From positions 35,006 through 99,005 of the forward strand of contig JAPLXH010000007.1 in the NCBI GenBank assembly GCA_026396195.1: 64,000 nt of DNA, read 5' to 3'. Of this stretch, positions 36,206-44,499 are shown in pieces. The notes beneath the pieces are model-generated. The model saw only the letters and a list, made by a program, of their open reading frames with translations, made no database searches and had not been told where the DNA came from. A program made the translations under genes and the position numbers. The DNA is from Candidatus Nealsonbacteria bacterium (GTDB lineage Bacteria > Patescibacteriota > Minisyncoccia > Minisyncoccales > JAGGXC01). Positions within the stretch are counted from its first letter, which is position 1. Each line of letters starts with the position of its first letter.

Positions 36206-37552
36206 ACATATCTTCTGTTTTATCAACTTGATTTCTTCAACCAAAACTTCGTTTTTTTCAGACTCTTTCGCTATTTTTTCACAACCGTAAATAATAGTGG
36301 TGTGGTCTTTCCCTCCCAGCTTTCTTCCTATGGTAGGAAAGGAACATTTTAATTCTTCCCTTAAAAGATACATAACAACTTGCCTTGGTCTTACTATTTC
36401 TTTTCTTCTGGAGTTGTTTAAAATATCCTCTTCTTTTAAATTATAAAAATCAGCAACGGCCTTAATTAATTGATCGGAGCTTATGACTCTGGGCGGGGCT
36501 TTAATGATGTTTTTTAAAAGATTTTTTGCCGTTTCCAGGTCAGGGATTTTTCCATTTAATCTTTGGCAGGCGATGAGTCGGTTTAGAGCTCCTTCTATTT
36601 CTCTAATATTGGTTTGGACGTTTGAAGCGATAAATTCCAAAACTTTGTCGGAAAATTCCACCTCTTTCTGCTTACTTTTTATTTTTAAAATAGCCAAACG
36701 AGTTTCATAATCCGGATGCCCGATGTCGGCAATCATTCCTCCTTCAAATCTTGACCTCAGTCTTTCTTCAAGCGCCGGAATTGCTTTTGGGAATCGGTCC
36801 GAAGATAAAACGATTTGTTTATTTTTTTCATAAAGAGCATTAAATAAATGGAAAAACTCTTCCTGAGTTTTTTCTTTTCCGGCTAAAAATTGAATGTCAT
36901 CGATAATTAAAACGTCAATTTTTTGATTCTCTTGTTTAAAGCTTTCTATGCTGCCGTTTTTAATGGCGCCTACAATTCCGGTAATAAATTTTTCCGAAGA
37001 AGCATATTTTATTTTTTTATCAGGAAAATTTTCAGAAATTTTATTTCCGATTGCCTGGATAAGATGGGTTTTTCCTAACCCTACTCCTCCGTAAACAAAA
37101 AGGGGATTATAAATAGCCCCTGGGTTTTCAGAAATAGCCCAGCCTGCCGCTTGAGCCATTTCATTGAAGGGTCCGACTATAAAATTTTCAAAAGTATACT
37201 TAGGATTTAAGTTGGTTTCTTTGCTTACTTTTAATTCTTCAAATTCTAACTGAGGAACGCTTTGAGGAGTTGAAAAATATTTTTTTTGTTTTTCTACTTG
37301 GCCTCCGGTTCTATTAATAATGTATTCAACCTCTTTGATTCCTTCATTTAAATCATGCAGGGTTTTTAAAACAAATTTATTGTATTTTTGCTCCAGCCAT
37401 TCTTTAGAAAAAGCATTAGGGACCGAGACCAAAAGCTTTCCTTCTTTTTCTTCTAAAATTTCCGTGTTTCTAAACCATGTTGCAAAATTAGCTTTGGAAA
37501 TGTTAAATTGGATTTGAGCTAAAACAGCTTGCCAAAGTTCTTCTTTGGTCAT
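36197..37552 (-). CDS. dnaA: Chromosomal replication initiator
   Basis: YNPLFVYGGVGLGKTHL, IDDIQF, RLRSRF, GGKDHTT. Confidence 0.98.
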   Translation of the reverse strand: MTKEELWQAVLAQIQFNISKANFATWFRNTEILEEKEGKLLVSVPNAFSKEWLEQKYNKFVLKTLHDLNEGIKEVEYIINRTGGQVEKQKKYFSTPQSVPQLEFEELKVSKETNLNPKYTFENFIVGPFNEMAQAAGWAISENPGAIYNPLFVYGGVGLGKTHLIQAIGNKISENFPDKKIKYASSEKFITGIVGAIKNGSIESFKQENQKIDVLIIDDIQFLAGKEKTQEEFFHLFNALYEKNKQIVLSSDRFPKAIPALEERLRSRFEGGMIADIGHPDYETRLAILKIKSKQKEVEFSDKVLEFIASNVQTNIREIEGALNRLIACQRLNGKIPDLETAKNLLKNIIKAPPRVISSDQLIKAVADFYNLKEEDILNNSRRKEIVRPRQVVMYLLREELKCSFPTIGRKLGGKDHTTIIYGCEKIAKESEKNEVLVEEIKLIKQKICSG

Positions 37553-37774
37553 AATTTTTTAAAACTTTAAAATTATAGTTCTAAGGTTATATTATAGGGA
37601 TTATATCTCCTGTCAAATGACCTTACTGTTGTAAGGGAAAAGCAAGGAGTTGTTTAAAAGCTGGGGACAAGTTGTGAAAATTTTTAGAATTGACTAACTT
37701 TAAAATCGAGGATATACTGATTTTAGATTTAAAATTAAAATCAAATTTTAATTTTTTAAATTTAAATTAAAATT
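37553..37774. promoter_or_regulatory. dnaA-rpmH divergent promoter region / possible oriC part
   Basis: TTGACT-17-TATACT (37690-37718) for rpmH; TTGACA on the minus strand at 37611-37616; degenerate DnaA boxes at 37651-37681; very AT-rich 37720-37774. Confidence 0.55.
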
Positions 37775-37909
37775 ATGAGTTTTACTTATAATCCCAAAAA
37801 GAAAAAAAGAAAAAGAACCCATGGGTTCAGAAAAAGAATGAAAAAATTTGGCGGCAGGAGGGTTCTTTCCAAACGGAGAAAAAAACACAGAAAAAGATTA
37901 GCTGTTTAA
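37775..37909 (+). CDS. rpmH: 50S ribosomal protein L34, not in the ORF track
   Basis: [44 protein letters not shown]; canonical position. Confidence 0.96.
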   Translation: MSFTYNPKKKKRKRTHGFRKRMKKFGGRRVLSKRRKKHRKRLAV

Positions 37910-37913
37910 TTTA

Positions 37914-38255
37914 ATGTTGCCTTTAAAAAATAGACTAAAAAAGAAAAAAGACTTTGACGAAGTTTTTAAAAAAGGGAAAGGAATCGAAGGATTTTTTTTG
38001 TTTTTAAAAATAAAAAACAACGACTTAAAAGAAAGCAGATTTGGTTTTATAGTGTCTCAAAAGGTCAGCAAGAAAGCCGTTATTAGAAACAAAACCAAAA
38101 GAAGAATGAGGGCGGCAGTAACGAACAGGAAAAATTTTATTAAAAAAGGATTAGACATTGTTGTTATGGCCAAAAAAGGAGCTGAGCGGAAAAATTTTTT
38201 GGAAATCGAAGAAGAGCTGGTTAATCTTTTGAAAAAAATAAAAGTATTGGAATGA
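37914..38255 (+). CDS. rnpA: Ribonuclease P protein component
   Basis: [30 protein letters not shown]. Confidence 0.95.
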   Translation: MLPLKNRLKKKKDFDEVFKKGKGIEGFFLFLKIKNNDLKESRFGFIVSQKVSKKAVIRNKTKRRMRAAVTNRKNFIKKGLDIVVMAKKGAERKNFLEIEEELVNLLKKIKVLE

Positions 38256-38461
38256 TTAAAAAAGTTTTTTTAAAAACAATTTGTTTTTATCAAAAATATT
38301 TTTCTCCGTTATTTCCAAAAGTTTGCCGTTTCTATCCGAGCTGTTCTGAATACTCGTTTTTAGCGATTAAAAAATACGGAGCAATAAAGGGAACTTTTTT
38401 AGGAATAAAAAGAATTTTAAAGTGCCATCGTTTTAATCCGGGAGGAGTAGACCTTCCTTAA
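38252..38461 (+). CDS. yidD: Membrane protein insertion efficiency factor
   Basis: [21 protein letters not shown]. Confidence 0.95.
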   Translation: MIKKVFLKTICFYQKYFSPLFPKVCRFYPSCSEYSFLAIKKYGAIKGTFLGIKRILKCHRFNPGGVDLP

Positions 38462-38472
38462 ATTATAAAAAA

Positions 38473-39165
38473 ATGAACATAGGATTAATTTTCAATATTA
38501 TTTTTTACAAACCATTATTTGGTGCTTTGCTTTGGCTTTCTCAAAATTTGCCCGGGAATGATTTAGGAATAGCGATTATTGTTTTGACCTGTGCTATCCG
38601 CCTTTTGATTTATCCTTTAAATACAAAATCAATTCAATCCCAAAAAGCCCTCCAAAAGCTTCAGCCGAAAATTCAAGAAATCCAATCCAGATTTAAAGAC
38701 GATAAAGAAAAACAAGGGAAAGCTATAATGGACCTTTACCGTCAAGAGAAAATCAATCCTTTTTCGGGCTGCCTTCCAATGTTGATTCAACTGCCTATTC
38801 TAATGGCTTTGTTTTTGGTTTTTAAAGACTTTGCAAATAATTTAGACGTTCGGCCAATGTTTTTAGGATTAATTCCTTTAACAGAGCCTTCTAAAATTCT
38901 GGCTGTTTTGTCGGGGATTGCCCAGTTTTTTCAAGTAAAAATGGTAAGTCCTAAAAACAAGCCCGGTAAAGATAAATCAGATTTTTCACAGATAATGCAG
39001 AAAGAAATGTTGTATTTGTTTCCTTTAATCACCGTTGTTTTCTTGTGGAAACTTCCCTCAGCCATTGGCATTTATTGGTTAACTACCAGTTTGTTTTCAA
39101 TAATTCAACAATACTTAATTTTTAAGCCGAAAAATGATTATCAATCAGGAGATTCAAAAAATTAA
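38473..39165 (+). CDS. yidC: YidC/Oxa1 membrane insertase (short form)
   Basis: IRLLIYPL, NPFSGCLPMLIQLPI, IYW..FSIIQQ. Confidence 0.93.
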   Translation: MNIGLIFNIIFYKPLFGALLWLSQNLPGNDLGIAIIVLTCAIRLLIYPLNTKSIQSQKALQKLQPKIQEIQSRFKDDKEKQGKAIMDLYRQEKINPFSGCLPMLIQLPILMALFLVFKDFANNLDVRPMFLGLIPLTEPSKILAVLSGIAQFFQVKMVSPKNKPGKDKSDFSQIMQKEMLYLFPLITVVFLWKLPSAIGIYWLTTSLFSIIQQYLIFKPKNDYQSGDSKN

Positions 39166-39595
39166 AAATATTATCCAGGGTTTTTTTGAAAAAATGACAA
39201 TTCCTGTTGAGGTTGAAATAAGCCCCCGAAAAGACAAAACCATTCCTATTGATATTAAAACGGAAAACCCGCAAATTTTAATTGGAGAAAGAGGGCAAAC
39301 CTTAATTGAGATTCAGCGGATTTTAAAAATTATCATTAAAAGAATAATCAAAGAAGATATTTTTATTGACTTAGATATTAATGATTATAAAAAGAAAAAA
39401 GTTGAGTATCTTAAAGAACTGGCAAGGGCTGCTGCTGACGAAGTTGTTTCTAGTAAAAAAGAAAAAATTCTGACCCCAATGCCAGCTTACGAAAGGAGAA
39501 TAGTTCACTTAGAGTTAGCTGAAATAAAAAATATTACCACCGAAAGCATCGGCGAGGAGCCGGAAAGAAAAATAGTAATCAGGCCCTATCCTTAA
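39134..39595 (+). CDS. Jag/KhpB-like KH-R3H RNA-binding protein
   Basis: LIGERGQTL KH motif, ERRIVH R3H motif, SIGEEPER; position after yidC. Confidence 0.88.
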   Translation: MIINQEIQKIKNIIQGFFEKMTIPVEVEISPRKDKTIPIDIKTENPQILIGERGQTLIEIQRILKIIIKRIIKEDIFIDLDINDYKKKKVEYLKELARAAADEVVSSKKEKILTPMPAYERRIVHLELAEIKNITTESIGEEPERKIVIRPYP

Positions 39596-39606
39596 AATTA
39601 TTTTTT

Positions 39607-41415
39607 TTATTCTTCTTGTTCTTCAGCCAGGGATTCCTTGGCTTTTTTTATTTTCGTCAATTCTTCGGGAGAGGTAGTAATAAATTGGTCTTCAGCATAA
39701 GAAGCAATCACTTTTATTGCTACATGTTTTGGGCCGGCGAAAAATAACCCTTCTCCCACAGCCGACTCTAATAAAAGATATTTTTCTTCTTCGGTCAGGC
39801 CAAACGTTTTTTGAACTACTTCTATAGTAGCCGTAGATTGTTTCATTATGAATTGCATAGCGGAATTGGTGATAATCGGCTGGCCGTAGGTTGATTTCAT
39901 AAAATCAGCCACATCTTGGGTGACAGTAGTAACCCCCAACCAATATTTTCTCGCTCTTTTAACTAATCCAAACAAGAAAGAAGCGCCATCTTCTTTTTGC
40001 ATTATCCACCAAGCCTCATCAACCACTAAAATTCTTTTTTTAAGCTCAGACCTGACTTTATTCCAAATATAACGCATTACAATAAACATGGCTATCGGCC
40101 GCAGCTCTTCTTCTATGTCTCTAATTCCAAAAACAACCAGATTTCCTTCCATGGAAATATTGGTACGGTTGTTGAAAAAGTCAGCATAGGTTCCCTTGGT
40201 GAATTTTCTTATTCTTCTAACTAAAGATTCGGCTCCTTCCATGCCCTCCAAAACTGCTTCCAAATCTTGCATCAAAGGAATTGCTTCTTGCCATGTCCTG
40301 TGGTCGGTTTCCGGAGTAATATCTTTTGCGGCATAGGTTTCAGCAAGAGCCTGGTCTATAATCGCATCTTCTTCAGGAGTTAAACCACCGAGCATAATTC
40401 TCAAAAGTCCGACCAAATTGATGATGTTTGACCTTAAAACATCATCCGGGTTGTCATCGGCTTGCAATAACGGGAGATCAAAAGGATTTATATGATTATC
40501 AGAAGACAAGGAAATGTTAAAAAAGCGGCCTCCAACAGCTTCAGCCAAGGACCTATATTCATTTTCCGGGTCAATAATAATAACATCAACTCCCTGCATT
40601 AAAGACCTCAAAACTTCTAATTTAATTGTATAAGATTTTCCTCCGCCGGACGTTCCAAAAATTACTTCGTTCCCGTTGGCCAAAGAAAAACGGTCAAACA
40701 AGATAAGGGAATTGTTGTGTTTATTTATTCCATAAAGTACGCCGTCGTTTGAGCTTAAATCAAAAGAAATAAAAGGAAAAACACTGGACAAGGGTCCCGT
40801 GTTCATGGGAGTGTAAATTTGCATTTTATCTAAACCGTATGGTGCGCAAGTTAAAAAACCTTCTTTTTGTTGATAGTTAGCCGGTTTAATGTAAATTAAT
40901 CTTGACTCTAAAATAGAACGCAACGTAGTTTCTATTCTTTTTAATTCTTCTTCGTTTTCGCCATAAATTGTAATATAAACTCCAAGCTTCGCCATCCTTT
41001 CTTGGGCAGTTTGAAGCCTTTCTCTTAAGGATTCCAAGTCCTGATAAGCAATTTCCAGGGCAGGGTCTTTTATATACCCTTTTTCTTCTTTTTCAGAAAT
41101 TTCTGCCTGAACTTCAGTTACTTTTTTTCTTAATTTTCTTAATTCAGGGCCTGTTTCTATCGGATGGATGAAAATAGCAACATCTAGCCGGTCGCTTAAA
41201 TTAATAATAGGAGATAGCCATCCAGTGTTGATATACCTTGGATATGAAAATATAAAAAAAGACTTGGACAGCCTTTTCCCAAAATTGATGGAATCGTAAT
41301 TTATGGCTATTGAAGCCGGAGAAACAATATCTTTTAAGTCTATCCTGGAATGCTCGACGATTTTTTCCCGTTCGCTTGGCTCTATGTTTTGCTTTGTTTT
41401 TTTAAAAAAAGACAT
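39607..41415 (-). CDS. VirB4/TraC-like ATPase of a type IV secretion-like system
   Basis: GTSGGGKS Walker A, IIDPENEY, VVDEAW Walker B, RARKY, TQDV.DF. Confidence 0.9.
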   Translation of the reverse strand: MSFFKKTKQNIEPSEREKIVEHSRIDLKDIVSPASIAINYDSINFGKRLSKSFFIFSYPRYINTGWLSPIINLSDRLDVAIFIHPIETGPELRKLRKKVTEVQAEISEKEEKGYIKDPALEIAYQDLESLRERLQTAQERMAKLGVYITIYGENEEELKRIETTLRSILESRLIYIKPANYQQKEGFLTCAPYGLDKMQIYTPMNTGPLSSVFPFISFDLSSNDGVLYGINKHNNSLILFDRFSLANGNEVIFGTSGGGKSYTIKLEVLRSLMQGVDVIIIDPENEYRSLAEAVGGRFFNISLSSDNHINPFDLPLLQADDNPDDVLRSNIINLVGLLRIMLGGLTPEEDAIIDQALAETYAAKDITPETDHRTWQEAIPLMQDLEAVLEGMEGAESLVRRIRKFTKGTYADFFNNRTNISMEGNLVVFGIRDIEEELRPIAMFIVMRYIWNKVRSELKKRILVVDEAWWIMQKEDGASFLFGLVKRARKYWLGVTTVTQDVADFMKSTYGQPIITNSAMQFIMKQSTATIEVVQKTFGLTEEEKYLLLESAVGEGLFFAGPKHVAIKVIASYAEDQFITTSPEELTKIKKAKESLAEEQEE

Positions 41416-41439
41416 TTTGATTTTTATTTATTGACCGGC

Positions 41440-42084
41440 TTATTTAATTATTTCTGGCGGAATTTCCGGATAATAACCAAGTTCGGCCTCTTCCGGATGA
41501 TGCAACCCCCATAATAATTCAATTAGTTCGGCGCTGTTTAAAGGAGAAGATTGCAGTCCGCACCTTCTTAATCCTAAAGAAATAAATTCCATTCTTTGCC
41601 AAAGCTGAACTTTGGTTCTTTGAAAAACGTCTTCCGTGAGGGTTAGAGTCGGTGTTTTTGAAAGAAAGCCGGTTTTTTTAGAACTTTGAGTCTCGACAAG
41701 AGAGAAAGGCACAACGACAAAAAAATTTTTACTCATTATGGAGCTCCTTAATATTAAATCTTCAATGAACTTTCGATATTCGGCAGTTTGGATTTTTAAT
41801 AATTCGTTTTTTTGTTTTATTTCCAGGTCTTTCATTTTTTCCAAGTAACCGGTGATGTTTAACTTTCTGGATTGGACGATAATTTGTAAAGAAAAATCCA
41901 GCGAATTCAAAAAATCCTGAAATTGATAAATCGTAGCATTTTGTTCCTCTTCTTCTTTTAAAGCGAAGTTTAAAGAAGAAACCATTAAAACACCCCTCAT
42001 GGCCTTGCTCTTTAGAATCATTATTCCTTCTTTGATTTCATCTACTTCTAAAAATTGTTGCGTGGAAATATTTTTTTTATCCAT
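41440..42084 (-). CDS. Conserved T4SS-cluster protein (VirB4 N-terminal-like partner)
   Basis: STQQFL, NFALK.EEEQ..FLNSLDFSLQI; lies between PrgI and VirB4. Confidence 0.65.
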   Translation of the reverse strand: MDKKNISTQQFLEVDEIKEGIMILKSKAMRGVLMVSSLNFALKEEEEQNATIYQFQDFLNSLDFSLQIIVQSRKLNITGYLEKMKDLEIKQKNELLKIQTAEYRKFIEDLILRSSIMSKNFFVVVPFSLVETQSSKKTGFLSKTPTLTLTEDVFQRTKVQLWQRMEFISLGLRRCGLQSSPLNSAELIELLWGLHHPEEAELGYYPEIPPEIIK

Positions 42085-42085
42085 G

Positions 42086-42490
42086 TTAATTTTTTGTTTC
42101 TACTTGAGTGGCTAATTCTTTTAACCTGCTTTTTTTAATAATTTTAGGAGTAGTATCCTCCTCTTTTTTTTCTTTTATTCTTTCTTGCCTGATAACTATT
42201 TTGGGAGCCATTATCTTTTTTTGCCAGATATAAACTTTAGGAGATAAGTTAAAAAAGAAAAAATTTTTCAGAACAGATAAAGGATGAAGCCCGCCAATTT
42301 TTAAAAAAACCAGAGCCATAGAACCCCCTCCGACAAAAATTATAACCGGTACGTAAATATAAAAAGGTGTTTTTAAAACAGCGGCAAAACAAACAATGCC
42401 GGCTATGGCCACGACAATGAATTGCTTGAAACTGAAAGGGCCGATTACTTTAGCTTCGTATTCAATAAATTGGGGGACAGTGAATTCCAT
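42086..42490 (-). CDS. PrgI family protein
   Basis: F.VPQFIEYEAKVIGPFSFKQF N-terminus, two TMs. Confidence 0.85.
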   Translation of the reverse strand: MEFTVPQFIEYEAKVIGPFSFKQFIVVAIAGIVCFAAVLKTPFYIYVPVIIFVGGGSMALVFLKIGGLHPLSVLKNFFFFNLSPKVYIWQKKIMAPKIVIRQERIKEKKEEDTTPKIIKKSRLKELATQVETKN

Positions 42491-42509
42491 TTATTTATTT
42501 TAGATTTTT

Positions 42510-42977
42510 TTATTCTTCTTCTTCGATTGATTCTCTATAACCGTCTTTTTTTTTACTCGTGCCAGCCGATTTTTTTTCGGTCGCGTTAACGAGTTCTACC
42601 TCTTTTTTTTCTGTTGAAGAACGAACTCCAGTCTCGGTTGGTTTTTCTTTCGGAGCGGTTTTTTCGTATAAATTGGATAAACTTAATTCGAGAGGATATA
42701 AAATAAATCTTTCAATTTCTTTGCTGACTTTTTCAGCTTTTTCTTTTTCGAAACCGAACTCTTGTTGCAAGGTTTCCGGCAGTTTTTCCGGCTCTGAAAC
42801 TCCAAGTAAAACCCGACCGACAATTTTTGCCAGTTTGGAAACTTCTTCTATGTCGTTATGCTCACAAATTTCATAAACATCATCAGCGGTTTTTTCGGAA
42901 AAAACAGCATCTTGAAGGTCAGACGGAAGATTTTCAAAAAGTTTCCAAAACTGGTTGGGAGTATAGTCTTTGGGCAT
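42510..42977 (-). CDS. Hypothetical protein
   Basis: Likely start MPKDY at 42977; LP.DLQDAVFS, D.YRE.IE C-terminus. Confidence 0.7.
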   Translation of the reverse strand: MPKDYTPNQFWKLFENLPSDLQDAVFSEKTADDVYEICEHNDIEEVSKLAKIVGRVLLGVSEPEKLPETLQQEFGFEKEKAEKVSKEIERFILYPLELSLSNLYEKTAPKEKPTETGVRSSTEKKEVELVNATEKKSAGTSKKKDGYRESIEEEE

Positions 42978-43149
42978 AAATTTAAAAAAATTACTTTTAT
43001 TTATTTTACCACACAGACTAAAGAAGAGTAAAGAATATTGACAAATAATAATTTTCATGCATAATCATAGAAGAGCTAAGAGGATTAAAATGTTCTTAGC
43101 GCCTGAATAATTTCAGGTTGATTTAAAATAAAATAAAGGAGTGATGCGA

Positions 43150-44403
43150 ATGGATGAAAATGATAAATCAGAAGAAGCAAAAAAAGAAGCTGAAACGGAA
43201 ATAACCGACGAAGACATTGAAGAAGACATTAAAGAGGAAAAACAGCGGAGAACATTAACTGAAATAGGTTTAAGTGCTGCGATTATTCTTTGGTGGATAT
43301 TATTTCCGACAATAGGATATCTGGCAATAAACGCAATAACCGCGATTTTGCCAACTTCAGCATATATATTATTTATCGATTTTCCGCTTAGAGACTTAGC
43401 TTTTCTTGTTCTGATTATCGTATTAATAGCGCTTGAAATCAGATATATCTACAAGTCTTGGGGATTTATTTCTTACAGGCCCCCTTATGTTGGACTAGGA
43501 GTAATCTGGGGAAAAAGGAAGGTTAAAATAGTAAAAAAAGAAGGATGGATATTGATTGCCGATTACTTTCCCTTTAACTACACAGTTACTTTAATAAAAG
43601 TTCAAAAAATCGACAAAGATTTTACTTTCTCGGACATAAGGACCAAGGCGAAAGAAGAAGAAAAGGACTCTAAATTGCCGTCTAGGTCAGGAGCATTGGT
43701 TGAAGTAGATGTTTCTTTAACTTTTATTCCGGACTACAAAGGCAAGGATGCCGGGGAAAGGCTTAAATCTTATTTGAATAGTGGAGAAGCAGAGGGCGTT
43801 ATAAACATTATCCAAGACCAAATTGCAGAAGAGTTAAGAATTTTAGGCGGGAAACACGATTGGGAAGAATATACTTTCAGTGCGACAGAAATAAAAAGGG
43901 TGCTATTGGAGAAGCTTACAGGAGCTGATATTAACGGGGCAAAAGATGAAAAAGAAAAAGCTAAAAGACAAAGAAAGATTGAACGGGAAATTCGAATTTC
44001 AGGAGCCAGAGATGTGTCAGACTTAGGCATAAGAATATGCAGATTAAACATAGGACAAATAGATTTGCCGAAAAATAGTTCTATGAAAAAGGAAGCTGAC
44101 AGTCTGGAAAGAGAAAGGCAAAAAAGGCAGGGAGACACCATTCAAATGAATTTTCTAGAGGAGCAGGTAAGAAAGTTTATAGCCCTCGGTTTAAGTCCTG
44201 GAGAAGCGTCAGACGTTGTCCAAACCCAACTTAAAATGGCCGGTAAAAATATCAATACCTTCCGGGGATTAGAAGGAAGCAAAGGCAAAGACGGTCAAAG
44301 TCAGGGAATAACGCCCAATATCATAGCTATCGTAGAAGACAAAGTCAGAACCAGTAAAGAAAAAACCAAAAAGAAAGACGAAGACGAAGAAGAAAACGAA
44401 TAA
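43150..44403 (+). CDS. Membrane protein with divergent SPFH-like domain
   Basis: Two TMs then VEVDVSLTF..EELR..LGIRI.RLNIGQIDLP pattern; AAGGAG SD before ATG 43150; own TTGACA promoter at 43038. Confidence 0.6.
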   Translation: MDENDKSEEAKKEAETEITDEDIEEDIKEEKQRRTLTEIGLSAAIILWWILFPTIGYLAINAITAILPTSAYILFIDFPLRDLAFLVLIIVLIALEIRYIYKSWGFISYRPPYVGLGVIWGKRKVKIVKKEGWILIADYFPFNYTVTLIKVQKIDKDFTFSDIRTKAKEEEKDSKLPSRSGALVEVDVSLTFIPDYKGKDAGERLKSYLNSGEAEGVINIIQDQIAEELRILGGKHDWEEYTFSATEIKRVLLEKLTGADINGAKDEKEKAKRQRKIEREIRISGARDVSDLGIRICRLNIGQIDLPKNSSMKKEADSLERERQKRQGDTIQMNFLEEQVRKFIALGLSPGEASDVVQTQLKMAGKNINTFRGLEGSKGKDGQSQGITPNIIAIVEDKVRTSKEKTKKKDEDEEENE

Positions 44404-44499
44404 ATCGACAGTAAACAAAAAAGGGATTAATTTCTAATATTAAATTAATCCCTCTTTTTTATTTTTAGTTTGTTTTATTTTCCATTTATTTCACTTTTT

